Virus record (IMG/VR): IMGVR_UViG_3300030376_006080
Span: 1 to 61,723 of that record
DNA from: a virus
Taxonomy: Duplodnaviria; Caudoviricetes
Length of the DNA: 61,723 nucleotides
Reading direction: 5' to 3' (one strand)
The notes below the pieces were generated by a model. It made no database searches. It was not told where the DNA came from and was given only the letters and a program-made list of their open reading frames with translations. Positions 37,760 to 48,800 of this stretch are shown here, one piece after another. The position numbers and the translations under genes are program-made. Each line of letters begins with the position of its first letter. The first letter of the stretch is position 1.

Positions 37760-38259
37760 TGGCTTTTGTAGAAGTTTCACCAGAACAAAACTTATCCTCT
37801 ATAGTTGCTATAGCAGGTGGTAGTATGTCTTCTACTCTATATAGGGACGGAGGAATTCAAGTAGATGGCGTTTCGCAAGAAGACTTAGAGGCCGCACTTG
37901 CTACCTACATGTCTAACCTTGAGGCTTATCTGCTTCAGCCGGCTAGAGAGAGTAAGAATAATACTATATCTCAGCAGGCAAACTTTTACATAGAGGGATA
38001 CTATCCATCTTTTAGAAGAGAGCTTTTTATAGCACTTGCTGAGGAGGCCAGAAACACAGGGTTAACGAATAGACTTAATTATATTAATCAACTTCTCACT
38101 TGGGTAAAGACGGTCGTTGCTTTGGTTATTTCCGCAGAGACTGCACTTGAGTCAGAAACTACTTTAGATGACATTCAAAATTATAGTGTAGATTTTTCCG
38201 TATTCGATGCGACAAATCCAAACATAACAGTCAAAGGTGCTTTGGCTATCGAAGATTAA
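37759..38259 (+). CDS. hypothetical, possible fibre chaperone
   Basis: Helical protein coupled to the fibre gene. Confidence 0.45.
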   Translation: MAFVEVSPEQNLSSIVAIAGGSMSSTLYRDGGIQVDGVSQEDLEAALATYMSNLEAYLLQPARESKNNTISQQANFYIEGYYPSFRRELFIALAEEARNTGLTNRLNYINQLLTWVKTVVALVISAETALESETTLDDIQNYSVDFSVFDATNPNITVKGALAIED

Positions 38260-38270
38260 TGAGGTAAAAA

Positions 38271-38804
38271 ATGGTTTACTCCGGTGGTCCTATAGGGTCG
38301 CTTCCCTATGCTGATGATGGGGCGGGCGTATCCGATATTACTATAAGTAATATTGAAGCTACCGCTATCGGTTCTTCCGCTAGTGGAACCAACTCTATGA
38401 GTATACCTAGCGTGCAGGCCACAGCTATAGGATCTGCTGCAGCAGGAACATTCAGTAATAACCTTCCTATTTCTAACGTTGTCGCTACCGCCATAGGTTC
38501 TGCTGCTGCCGGAACAAACTCTATGAGTATTCCAAATGCTGTCGCAACTGCCATAGGTTCTTCCGCCAATGGCACTATATCTAACAGTGAGATTATATCA
38601 AATATTGTAGCTACTGCGATTGGGTCTTCTGTCAGTGGCACGAATAGCATGAGTATTCCAAACATAACAGCTATCGCTTATAGCGAATCGGAGAATGGAA
38701 CCGTAAATAATTCTGGGGATACCGCAACTAAAAACCGTTACAACTTCTGTCTAGGATATGAAGATTATCATGAACTTGGTGACTTTTATTTAGACGTGTT
38801 TTAA
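38271..38804 (+). CDS. repeat protein (ATAIGS repeats)
   Basis: Six alternating 20/22-aa units I(S/P)N..ATAIGS...GT. Confidence 0.65.
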   Translation: MVYSGGPIGSLPYADDGAGVSDITISNIEATAIGSSASGTNSMSIPSVQATAIGSAAAGTFSNNLPISNVVATAIGSAAAGTNSMSIPNAVATAIGSSANGTISNSEIISNIVATAIGSSVSGTNSMSIPNITAIAYSESENGTVNNSGDTATKNRYNFCLGYEDYHELGDFYLDVF

Positions 38805-38876
38805 TTTTCCCTGTTTACGCCCTGATTTTGTGTATATGTATGTGTAGTAGTATATTTTTTATGAAAGGGCAGTAAA

Positions 38877-39389
38877 ATGGCTTGGACAACAGATTTGGTT
38901 CTTTTTGTCAGAACCTTGATTGGTGACCTTGATAGTTCAAAGTACGCCGACGCTAGACTTAAGCAAATCATTGCTGTCGCAGCGTATAAGGTGAATGACC
39001 AAGCAGATTTTAGCTACACTTACACCGTAGATATTGGCGATAGTTCCATTAGCCCAGATCCGGTGACAAACACTGATACAGATTTTACTGTTTTGACAGC
39101 TTATCAGGCTGCCTGCATAATTGTTGGTAGTGAAGTAAAGACAGAAGCTGCAAACTCTCTAATGCTCAAAGATGGTCCTTCTGCTATTGACCTTAGAGGC
39201 GTAACAGGAAGTTTGAATATAATGTATAAAGATTTATGTTCTAAGTTTGAAGACTTAATGAATACATATAAAGCAACTAATAGCCTTCATGGTCAAGCTG
39301 TTCTTGGACCTTACAGCCCCGGAAGCTCTATTGTTAATACACAGTTCCAATACGGATATAGTCGTTCTGGTACTATATTTGAAAACTAA
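38877..39389 (+). CDS. head-tail adaptor-like protein
   Basis: VRTLIGD...Y.D..L N-terminus; position after the head genes. Confidence 0.55.
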   Translation: MAWTTDLVLFVRTLIGDLDSSKYADARLKQIIAVAAYKVNDQADFSYTYTVDIGDSSISPDPVTNTDTDFTVLTAYQAACIIVGSEVKTEAANSLMLKDGPSAIDLRGVTGSLNIMYKDLCSKFEDLMNTYKATNSLHGQAVLGPYSPGSSIVNTQFQYGYSRSGTIFEN

Positions 39390-39404
39390 TAAAGGAGATT
39401 TAAA

Positions 39405-39632
39405 ATGGCGATTGATGTAGTTCAAAAGGTAGTAGATGGTGACGACCAGCCCAAAGGCGGCAGGGGTGTTGTCGGTGTCGGCGGAGCTAGAGGCTTGACA
39501 TCGGCTCAGAAGATTGATTCTAATCACACTCTAGATCCACCTATCAGCTCAGCAAAAATAGATCAAACAATAACAACAATTTTTGATAACCTAAAAGACA
39601 GGTTTGATGATTATAATACCTATAGTGCATAA
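39405..39632 (+). CDS. hypothetical protein
   Basis: AAGGAG SD. Confidence 0.55.
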   Translation: MAIDVVQKVVDGDDQPKGGRGVVGVGGARGLTSAQKIDSNHTLDPPISSAKIDQTITTIFDNLKDRFDDYNTYSA

Positions 39633-39643
39633 GGAGGATTAAA

Positions 39644-39940
39644 ATGGCAGCAGTACCAAGTTTTGCCACAGGAAGAAAAAGCAGCATTGGAACCAGTGCA
39701 GCCCAACTTACAACAACACATGTCCATGCTAAGAGAGGCGTTCAAATTGTAGCGGCCTCCGGAAATAGCGTTGCCGTGTATGTTGGAATATCTACAGTAA
39801 CAGCAGACTCTGCAGATACCACAGATGGATTTCCTTTGGCTGCAGGAGAAAGTGTTGTAGTTCCTGTTATAGACCCATCAACAATTTACGTTAGAGCAGC
39901 AAGCGGTAGTAGTTCAAAGGTATTTTTTATAACGGTGTAA
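39644..39940 (+). CDS. small beta-rich virion protein
   Basis: N...VYVG...GFPLAAGESV...IYV pattern; AAGGAGG SD. Confidence 0.55.
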   Translation: MAAVPSFATGRKSSIGTSAAQLTTTHVHAKRGVQIVAASGNSVAVYVGISTVTADSADTTDGFPLAAGESVVVPVIDPSTIYVRAASGSSSKVFFITV

Positions 39941-39941
39941 T

Positions 39942-40454
39942 ATGCCTATTGTAATTCCCACAGGGGTATTTAATATATATAATGAGGCTGTTGGGCTTTT
40001 TGAAAGAACTGTCAGGCTTGTTTATCCAGAAAAAAAAGAGCAGTGTCCAAACTGCTACTTAGACACTATGGGTACGCGAACTAGATCAGTTAGTGTTTAT
40101 AAGCCGGGCGGTCCTTATCCTTTCGGTAGAGGTATGCCGTGTCCGTCTTGTGATGGACTTGGATACAAGGCAATAGAGACCGAAGAAGAGATTGAACTTC
40201 GCATATATTGGGAGCCGTCAAAGTGGTATAATGTTGGTTTTGCTGTTGATCTACCAGAAGGTTCAATACAAACCATATGCAATATGCAAGATTTGCCAAA
40301 GCTAGAAAGAGCTAAATATCTTATACCCAAAAGCTATGGAAATATAGATAACTATCACACTATGAGATATGTTAGATCTGGATCTTCTTACCCACAAGGA
40401 TTTAAACAAAATCCCGAAAAGTATGCAGTCACATTTTGGCAAAGGACTTCATAA
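39942..40454 (+). CDS. neck/head-closure-like protein with Zn finger
   Basis: CPNC...CPSCDG.G; position. Confidence 0.45.
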   Translation: MPIVIPTGVFNIYNEAVGLFERTVRLVYPEKKEQCPNCYLDTMGTRTRSVSVYKPGGPYPFGRGMPCPSCDGLGYKAIETEEEIELRIYWEPSKWYNVGFAVDLPEGSIQTICNMQDLPKLERAKYLIPKSYGNIDNYHTMRYVRSGSSYPQGFKQNPEKYAVTFWQRTS

Positions 40455-41089
40455 TGTCTTTTGTTCCATCTTTTAAAATATTAGAGTCTGATGCTCAGAT
40501 AGAAAATATGATACTGCGAGAAATTGCTCGACAGGCTAATCAGAGCTTTTCTAAACTGAAAGTCAAAGCTATTAATCCTATAAGACAGAGCATAAGATCT
40601 GCCATGTCTTCGCACCCAGCCATCTCTTCTCTTTCCGGCGGAAAACTCAGAGCAGATTTTGGTATTCCGTCTGGAGCAGATGTTGTTACAGCGATTATAG
40701 AGCAGGTTGTCAGCTCCGTTGATATGACAGTTATACCTGTAAGCGCAGGGAGGGGAACGCTAAAAGGAGGAATAACTCTTACGGCACAACCAACAGATTA
40801 TATGAACGTTTTGTCTTTACCCGGCAGTAATGTAGTTACAGAAAAAGGCGAGGTACTTCCTTGGCTAGACTGGCTCTTGCTGAAGGGTGATACAATTATT
40901 GTAGCTACCTATGGGGTAAAATATAAGGGTGGCACTGGTAGAAGTGGTCAAGCTACAATGAAACTTAATTATAATTCTCCATATAAGGTTGATAGCCAAT
41001 TCTCCGGAACGGCAAATAATAACTTTATCACAGAATCAATTGAATCTACAAACGATGAGATAATGTCTATAATAGCGAGGTACATATAA
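40454..41089 (+). CDS. neck/tail-completion-like protein
   Basis: LPWLDWLL.G motif; position. Confidence 0.45.
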   Translation: MSFVPSFKILESDAQIENMILREIARQANQSFSKLKVKAINPIRQSIRSAMSSHPAISSLSGGKLRADFGIPSGADVVTAIIEQVVSSVDMTVIPVSAGRGTLKGGITLTAQPTDYMNVLSLPGSNVVTEKGEVLPWLDWLLLKGDTIIVATYGVKYKGGTGRSGQATMKLNYNSPYKVDSQFSGTANNNFITESIESTNDEIMSIIARYI

Positions 41090-41090
41090 G

Positions 41091-42080
41091 ATGGCAGACG
41101 CAGACTATAAACATTTGAAAAGAGTAGAAAACACTCAAGACGCCACACTTTCTAACCTGCTACTAGAAAACTTTATAATGTTTTTTGATTGGGGTCTTGT
41201 TGATCTTGGTGGATTTTATAGTGTTCAAATCCCAGAGACTGGATTATACGGGGGAGACAAGCATAAATTAAGAGCTGTCAAAGATCCTAACTATAACGAT
41301 GGTCAGGTCTGGGAGGGGTTTAGAAGCAATTGGGTCTGGGAAACAGGGGTTCAAAATCCAGAGCAACCCATACAAATATCTGGTGTTTTTATTGGAGGAA
41401 CCTTCAGGGCAACTGGCAATATTCAACAACCATTCCATATAAACTATCCTGACGGCAGAGTGGTTCTAGATACCGCTATTTCAACAACAAGCGAAGTAAA
41501 GCTAGAGTACTCCCATAAATGGGTTAATGTTATTCCTGCAGAGGGAGTGCCTTGGTTTAGACAAATACAGCAGGGAGCTTCACGCTTAGACAATAGCACC
41601 TTTACCCAGTTTGGCTCTGGTGATTGGGCTCAGCTCGGTCAGACCAGAGTTCAATTACCTGCGATTGCCGTGGAAACCATACCAAATAAATCCTTCAATG
41701 GCTATCAACTTGGAGGCGGTCAGTTCGTCAATTCAGACATGTTGTTCTATGTAATAGCAGAGACTCATTGGGAATGCAACAACCTAATAGACCAAATATC
41801 ATTTCAGAATGATAGAGCTATATGGATGTTTGATACTAATAAAATTGCTTTGTCTGGAGTATACCCTCTAAATTACAGAGGGGAGCTTAATGAAAATGCT
41901 TTGCCTAGCGGTTTATATCCTCAGCTTGTAGATGAGGCACCAAATGCATCAGACACTTCTTATAACTTTAGATATAGAAAATGTTACATAGGGGATACAA
42001 GAGCTACTCAAATAACAGAAATAGCTCCTAATCTTTATATGGGAACAGTAAGATTCGGCACAGAAGTTAAGGCAATCTAG
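41091..42080 (+). CDS. tail terminator-like structural protein
   Basis: Directly upstream of the tail tube gene; QLPAIAVE motif. Confidence 0.45.
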   Translation: MADADYKHLKRVENTQDATLSNLLLENFIMFFDWGLVDLGGFYSVQIPETGLYGGDKHKLRAVKDPNYNDGQVWEGFRSNWVWETGVQNPEQPIQISGVFIGGTFRATGNIQQPFHINYPDGRVVLDTAISTTSEVKLEYSHKWVNVIPAEGVPWFRQIQQGASRLDNSTFTQFGSGDWAQLGQTRVQLPAIAVETIPNKSFNGYQLGGGQFVNSDMLFYVIAETHWECNNLIDQISFQNDRAIWMFDTNKIALSGVYPLNYRGELNENALPSGLYPQLVDEAPNASDTSYNFRYRKCYIGDTRATQITEIAPNLYMGTVRFGTEVKAI

Positions 42081-42167
42081 CTTTCTTTTCGATTTTTTGT
42101 GTATATAATAGTAACCAAGCCAGAGATAGATAAATATATACATGTATATTACAAGGAGATTTAAATC

Positions 42168-43253
42168 ATGGCAAATAATAGAATTTTCTATGCCTGCCAA
42201 GCTGTAGCGATTGTGCCATCGGGTGTTACGCCCGCTGCTGGTCATATTGCTAAAGGTGTTCAATCCGTTGGGATTAACACTAACTTCAGTCTAGAGCAGG
42301 CATTTGAACTGGGCCAAGTTGAAATATACGAAAACTCAGAAGAAATTGCCGAAGTAGAAGTCACTATTGAAAAATTGATTGATGGACAAAAAGGTCTCTA
42401 TAGTCTTGCTGTTGGAGCTAGTCCAGCTGCAGCCGGCGTTGTAGATGCCTCAGCTGTCAAGTCAGATGTTTACTTAGCTATATATGACGACACTGCAAGT
42501 AGTGTCGCCTCAACCGCAGCTAAGAGTGTTGTTTGGTGTTCTGGAATGTACGTAAGTAGCTGTTCTTGGACTTATCCAGTAGATGGTAATGCTACCACGT
42601 CTCTTACTTTAGTTGGTAATGACAAATATTGGAATAATGCTAATGTTGGAGCATCCGCCAAGAAAACTTATGTTAACGATACTGGTAGTGCAGGTATGTG
42701 GGTCAATAACTTAGCTACAGCTATTGATGGTACTGATACTCCAGCTTCCGGTCTTCAAAGACGATATGCTGGTGTTAGAGTCGAAATTGATCCTGCGTCT
42801 CCCGCAGCTGCAGCTGCATCTACTAACCTCCCTGCGGAAGTTGTTAGACAGGCTCCTGCGACTTCTATTACGGGTAGTGCTAAAACAAGTGCAGTTGACG
42901 CTCACCTCCAGAATATTAGCGTTAGCGCTGACTTTGGTCGTGAAAACATCTTAGAGTTGGGTCGATTTGGGCCTTATTATAAGTATGCAACGTTCCCATT
43001 TGAAATTACTTCTGAATTTGAAGTTATTGCAACTAGTGGTGACTTGATTAGTGTTTCGGGCGATGCTCAAAACCTAACAGATCAAGTTATTACTATCGCT
43101 GATAATGCTGGAACATTTTTGAATCTTGGAACTAAGAACAAGTTAACTTCAGTATCATACTCTGGTGGAGACACTGGTGGTGGTAATGCAAGTATTACTT
43201 ACTCTTACTCAACATTTAACGATTTGAAAGTGGTAGAATCTGCCACAACATAA
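42168..43253 (+). CDS. major tail (tube) protein
   Basis: GVQSVGI.T.F.LEQ.FELGQ..IYE and Q.ISVS.DFGRE.I.ELG internal duplication; late motif and strong SD upstream. Confidence 0.65.
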   Translation: MANNRIFYACQAVAIVPSGVTPAAGHIAKGVQSVGINTNFSLEQAFELGQVEIYENSEEIAEVEVTIEKLIDGQKGLYSLAVGASPAAAGVVDASAVKSDVYLAIYDDTASSVASTAAKSVVWCSGMYVSSCSWTYPVDGNATTSLTLVGNDKYWNNANVGASAKKTYVNDTGSAGMWVNNLATAIDGTDTPASGLQRRYAGVRVEIDPASPAAAAASTNLPAEVVRQAPATSITGSAKTSAVDAHLQNISVSADFGRENILELGRFGPYYKYATFPFEITSEFEVIATSGDLISVSGDAQNLTDQVITIADNAGTFLNLGTKNKLTSVSYSGGDTGGGNASITYSYSTFNDLKVVESATT

Positions 43254-43328
43254 TTATTTTGATCGTGCGACAGCCGTACACTTTAGGATAAAGCGGCGAG
43301 CACAAGGCTAGGATATGAGGAAGGTGAT

Positions 43329-44387
43329 ATGGCGGACGCGCGTATCGAAAAATTATTATATAGAATTATAAGAGGTCGCATGAGCTATAAAACTCGTGAC
43401 GGCCTCTTTCTATATATATATGAACCTGACTCCGCAATCATTGAAGAATCATATCAAATATATGACGAAGCGTATGAAGAGTCCTACAGAGAGGGTTCGT
43501 ATGTAGAGTCTGAAATAATGCCTATACTTATAGAGTATGGGTATTGGAGCCCTCTGGATGATAGGGAGATCGAGAAGATTAAAAAAGATGTAGAGGAAAC
43601 TAAGTACCAAGCCTTTAAAAGTTTCTACAATAAAAAAGAGCTTAATAGACTAAAAAGAAAAGTTATTAGCTTGGAAAAGAAGTGGTCTAAAACAATATCT
43701 AAAAAGTCGTCACTAAAGCATCTAACTTGTGAGGGTTCGGCAGAGCTAGCCAGAACACAGTGGATAATTTCTCAAACCGTCAAGACAAGAGGCGGAAAGC
43801 TCTACGACTGGTCTTCTCTAACAATACCTAAAGTTGTTAACTATTATGCTAAAAATGCTATAAGTTTAGAAAACACAAGAGAGATAGCTAGATGTGATGA
43901 GTGGAAAGGAATGTGGACATTGTTTAAGACTGGAGGCTGTGATCTTTTTGGTAAACCCGCTATAGAGATAACAGCTCCTCAATCTAGGCTTGTCGCTTAT
44001 AGTAGGATGTATGATAATGTATTAGAGCATCCAGAACACCCCAATGAAAAAATCATAGAAGATGATATTGCTCTCGATGGATGGTTTGTGGCACAGAAGC
44101 GCAAGGCAAAGAGGGAAAGAAAAGAACGTGAAGTTGAAGCGATGACCTCTAATGAAAAAATCAAAAATTCAGGCGAGATGTTTGTAATGGCCAATACAGC
44201 AGAAGAGGCAGGCGAAATATTTGATATAAATGACCCTGTAGCTAGAGGAACAATTATACAAAGACAAAACAGAATTAAGGAAACAGAAGGAGAAGACCTA
44301 AAACATACAGCTATGCCCGACGTTAAGTTGGATATTCAAATGCAAAGACAGCAAGCAATTGCTGATAGATTTAAAGGAGGAAGGTGA
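43329..44387 (+). CDS. hypothetical, tail-assembly region
   Basis: Between the tube and tape measure genes. Confidence 0.55.
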   Translation: MADARIEKLLYRIIRGRMSYKTRDGLFLYIYEPDSAIIEESYQIYDEAYEESYREGSYVESEIMPILIEYGYWSPLDDREIEKIKKDVEETKYQAFKSFYNKKELNRLKRKVISLEKKWSKTISKKSSLKHLTCEGSAELARTQWIISQTVKTRGGKLYDWSSLTIPKVVNYYAKNAISLENTREIARCDEWKGMWTLFKTGGCDLFGKPAIEITAPQSRLVAYSRMYDNVLEHPEHPNEKIIEDDIALDGWFVAQKRKAKRERKEREVEAMTSNEKIKNSGEMFVMANTAEEAGEIFDINDPVARGTIIQRQNRIKETEGEDLKHTAMPDVKLDIQMQRQQAIADRFKGGR

Positions 44388-44393
44388 TGAAAA

Positions 44394-44762
44394 ATGGATG
44401 ATTATAACAGCCTGCTAAGACAGTCGTTAGACTTGAAGGCAAAGAGGGAGGAAAGGTATAAAGAAATTTCAAAAACAAGACTTTATGAGATTTCTAGGAA
44501 AAAGATACAGACTACTATGATTGGAGCTCTTGATACTATTGAGAAGAGTTTTGGATTCCTTTGGGAGTCTGATGGAGAACTAACTCCAGAACAGTCAGAG
44601 CTTAAGAAGATATTTGAAGAAGCCAGATCTCAAATATTGGACAGAGGAAATGCTCAAATGAGAAACCTTAAAGCGGAGTTTGTTAATTACGATATTAATT
44701 GGAAAAAATACAGCTTAACACTACCAGTTGTTAGCAGAAAAGAAGGAGAAGAAAATGGCTAA
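44394..44762 (+). CDS. hypothetical protein
   Basis: Coupled ORF. Confidence 0.55.
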   Translation: MDDYNSLLRQSLDLKAKREERYKEISKTRLYEISRKKIQTTMIGALDTIEKSFGFLWESDGELTPEQSELKKIFEEARSQILDRGNAQMRNLKAEFVNYDINWKKYSLTLPVVSRKEGEENG

Positions 44763-45708
44763 AGAAGACAAAAGAGAAGGCCTATTTACAGGACAAGACG
44801 CAGATGGAAACGATGTTGTTGTCTACGTCAAAAAGCCAACAGTTACAGAATATAGAGATTCTCAGATCAGCTATAACAAAGCATTTAGGGCGGCTTTAGA
44901 CAGCGGCGCTGTGCTTAAGAAAAAACTCAACGAGTATATGCGAGATCAGGGACTGTGGGATGATGAAAAAGAAACAGAAGAACAAAAGCTCATGGAGCAG
45001 CTAATAGGTTTAGAGAAAGTTCTTAGGTCGGGCGGCATCCCTCTCAAGGAAGCCAGAAGAACAGCATTAGACCTCAGAAAGGCAAGAGGCAAGTTTAGAT
45101 CTCTTGTAGCAGAGAGGACTATGCTCGATGCGAACACTGTTGAAGGGCAAGCAGACAATGCTAGATTTAATGCGTTGGTCAGTCTTTGTATTCTAAAAGA
45201 AAATCAGTCAGGACCTTTCTTTGCTAATCAAGAGGAGTATGATAAACGTGCTGCCGAGCCATTCGCGGCAGAAGCTGCTTCAAAGCTAGCAGGTTTGATA
45301 TATGAATTAGATCCTAATTATGATGATACTCTTGAGGAAAATAAATTCTTATCGACATATAAGTTTGCTAACGATAACTATGAGTTGATTAACTCTGACG
45401 GGCACTTAATCTCTTTAGATGATGACGGCACAGAAAGATTAATCAATGAAGATGGTAGGTATATCGCTTATAAAACTGATGAGGGATATAAGAATAGAGA
45501 CGCTGAAGATATATACTTCGTAAACATTGATGGTGAAGAAGTTGATGAAGAAGGGACAGTTGCCGGTTCATTCAGTCCATTCTTGGATGACAATGGTAAA
45601 CCAGTAGATGTTCCAACCGAAGAGAAAGCTTCTGACGAAGAAACTGAAGAAGTTGCAGAAAAACCTAAAAAAAGAGGTAGACCCAAAAAGACTGAAGAAA
45701 TTACATAG
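44755..45708 (+). CDS. probable tail assembly chaperone
   Basis: Acidic, immediately upstream of TMP; start MAKEDK with AAGGAG SD. Confidence 0.5.
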   Translation: MAKEDKREGLFTGQDADGNDVVVYVKKPTVTEYRDSQISYNKAFRAALDSGAVLKKKLNEYMRDQGLWDDEKETEEQKLMEQLIGLEKVLRSGGIPLKEARRTALDLRKARGKFRSLVAERTMLDANTVEGQADNARFNALVSLCILKENQSGPFFANQEEYDKRAAEPFAAEAASKLAGLIYELDPNYDDTLEENKFLSTYKFANDNYELINSDGHLISLDDDGTERLINEDGRYIAYKTDEGYKNRDAEDIYFVNIDGEEVDEEGTVAGSFSPFLDDNGKPVDVPTEEKASDEETEEVAEKPKKRGRPKKTEEIT

Positions 45709-45802
45709 TTTTTGTGTATATAACTTTGGACAGTCTTAAAAAGGGGTAGCAAAATACTAAGGTATCGTGCTGCCCCTATTTTTTTTATTGAAAGGTTGAT
45801 AA

Positions 45803-48800
45803 ATGGCAGGCAAATTTGTACTAACAGCACAAATGCAGTTGCAAGCACCTACGAATACCCGTCAGGTTATCACGCAGGTACGTCGTCAGCTTTCGCAAGC
45901 AAACATAACTATTAACCCTACAATAAGTACTAAAGCATTAGCTAACGCTAATAAACAAGTACAGAATGTCGCTAACTCAGCTAAAGCAGCTAGCGCTAAT
46001 TTAAAGACCGCCTCTAGATCGGCAAGTAGTCTTGGATCTGCTCTTGGTGCAGCAGCAAGAAGATTTGCGTCTATTACTATTGCTACTGGAGCTTTCTTAG
46101 CTTTGGCTAGAGGTATAACTGAGGCGTTTGGTAGAGCTGTAGATTTTGAGAAAGAACTCTTAAAGATAAGTCAGGTTACCGGCAAGACTATGGCAGGCAT
46201 GAAGGGTCTGACTGGAGAGGTCAGTAGACTGTCTACAAGTCTTGGGGTTTCTTCTAGTGAACTACTTAACGTAGCGAGAACTCTTTCTCAAGCAGGCTTC
46301 TCTGCTAGTAAGACACAAAAGGCATTATCTATATTAGCTAAAACAGACTTGGGCGCAACATTTGACAACCTAACTGATACTACTGAAGGTGCGATTGCTA
46401 TACTCAGACAGTTTAGGAGTGAGGCTAGAGCTACAGGTGGAGACCTAGCGTTTCTTGAAAAGTCTTTGGACGCAATCAATACAGTTTCTAAGAACTTTGC
46501 TGTTGAATCTGCTGACTTGATTTCTGCGGTTCGTAGAACTGGGGGTGTGTTTGAATCTGCTGGCGGTAAAATTAATGAGCTGATAGCTTTGTTCACTTCG
46601 GTCAGATCTACAACTCGTGAAACCGCAGAGACTATTGCGACTGGGTTTAGAACTATTTTTACTCGTATTCAAAGAACTGAGACTGTTGAGCAACTTAGAG
46701 AACTTGGTATAGAGCTTAGAAATGCAAAGGGTGAGTTTGTTGGTCCGCTTGAAGCAATTAAAAGGTTGCAAATAGGTCTTTCCGGTCTTTCGGCTACGGA
46801 CTTTAGATTCCAAGAGGTTGTTGAGCAGCTTGGTGGTTTTAGGCAGGTCGGTAAAGTTATTCCATTGTTGAAGCAGTTTGGCACAACACAAGAAGCACTT
46901 GCCTTAGCTAATCTTTCATCTGGATCAACAGCGAGAGATGCCGCTATAGCACAACAGGGTCTTGGTAACGCCTTCGCAAAACTCAAAGAAGAGTTTGACA
47001 AAACAGTACGTAGTATCGCTGACAGCGATACTTTCCAGACTTTAGCCAGAGGAGCTATTAGATTTGCAGAGGCTATACTAAATGTAGTAGATGCTCTAGA
47101 GCCCCTACTGCCTCTCATGACAGCTTTGGCGGCGTTTCAGCTAGGTAAGATTGCTGTTCCCGCAATTGGTAGATTTTCTGGGCTTACCGGCAAGAATGAC
47201 GGTGGTAAGATATATGGTTTCAATAGGGGAGGCTTAGTCCCCGGAAGTGGTAATAGAGACACTGTGCCAGCAATGCTTAGTCCGGGCGAGTTTGTAATTA
47301 AAAAGTCTTCCGTCCAAAGTATTGGCGCAGAGAATTTAGCCAGAGCGAATGGCTATAGTAACGGTGGCATAATGGCGGCGGGCACATCGCAGAAGAAAGG
47401 CGCAGCCGCTGCGAAAAACGTTAATATACCTCCTTTAACAGTAACTCCTAAAGCTGGAGCTATTGGTGGGGCGGTGATGCATCCGATAGGAACATCCACT
47501 ACATATAGCCATGGAGGTGGATTTGCAGGGAAGGGCGGGAATCAGATTATTCCGGGTAATCAGCTTCCAGCCAACGTCCAAAATGCACTTGCCCAGAAGT
47601 ATTTTGGTGGAGACAGGAAAATGCTTGCGGGTCGCCAGATCCCGTTTAATGTAGGTGCCGGACAATATCCAATAGCCGCACCGCAACCGGCAAAATTAAA
47701 AGGAGGACAATTCGCTAGTGTCATTCAGGGAGCATCTATGGATGCTATAGGTAGCGGTGTTGCCAAGGCATCAAGGTCGATAGCAGCAACTGGACTGCTA
47801 GATCTTTTACCGGCTCTTCAAGTAGATGAGAACAAAATTGCCGCAGCAAGAACCTCGTCGGCTTTAGATGACACAGCTGTGACATCCATGGAAGGATTTA
47901 TACAAGAGGGCGTTATTTCCGCAATGACTGGAGCTATTCCATCCAGAGGTAAGGCTAGCTTTGACCTCGGGTTTGGAGAGGTGATGCGTAACAAGAAAAG
48001 TCTTACCTCTCTTTATGGCGCTAACCTTGCTACGGCTAAAGTTATGGAAGTAAAAAGAGATAAAGGTGAGGCAGCTAGACCCACAGGGATTCCTAGAAAG
48101 TTAGGCAACTATATCGCACAAAGTCCAGCTATAGCCTTTTCACAAGGTTTATTTAATGTAACAGGATTTAACAAAGGTGGTCAAGTAGACACTGTTCCTG
48201 CTATGTTAACTCCCGGCGAGTATGTAATAAATAAATCATCAGCCCAGTCTATAGGCTATGGTAATCTAAACAGGATGAACAAAACTGGTGTACAGCACTT
48301 TGCCGGAGGCGGTGGCGTACTCAACCCGCATAGTCAATATGTGGCTCCAGCGGCTCGCGGACCTCAAGCAGGCATGGGCGGTATGGGTGGAAATATTGGT
48401 AATATGGGAAGTGCTACTGCAGCGGCAAGCCAAGCTGCACAGAAATTCGCAGCTCAACTAAATACTACCATACCGATGCTCACGCAAATTAAGTCTGGGG
48501 CCTCAATGCTTGGTAGCGCAACAAAGAAAGTTGGAGGTGCTGCACTTAGGACTATGGGTCCGCTTGGTATTCTAGATGGAGCGTTCAACCTGAGTGGAAA
48601 AGCCTTCCAGAAGCTGGCGGGAAAGGCGCAGGTGGCAGGCCAGCAGACGCAGGCAGCCGGAGCTCAAATACAGCAAGGTGCCGCTAAGTTTGCTCAAGGA
48701 GCATCTACCCCAATAGGCTTTAGCGGTGGCAAGGCTCATGCCACTGGTCCTGTTCAAAACGCTCAAACTCAGAAAGCCGTAGGTGGAGGCGGTGGAGGTA

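Larger units (their letters stand above)
24127..45720 (+). promoter_or_regulatory. putative late-promoter motif TTTTGTGTAT(A), 7 copies
   Basis: At 24127, 30270 (TGTGTATA), 32463, 35675, 38826, 42095 and 45710; each is intergenic and upstream of an operon start. Confidence 0.7.

Noticed and set aside
43329-45708. Programmed -1 frameshift in tail chaperone genes
   Set aside because: The three ORFs each have their own start and SD, and I found no convincing slippery site with an overlapping extended frame.
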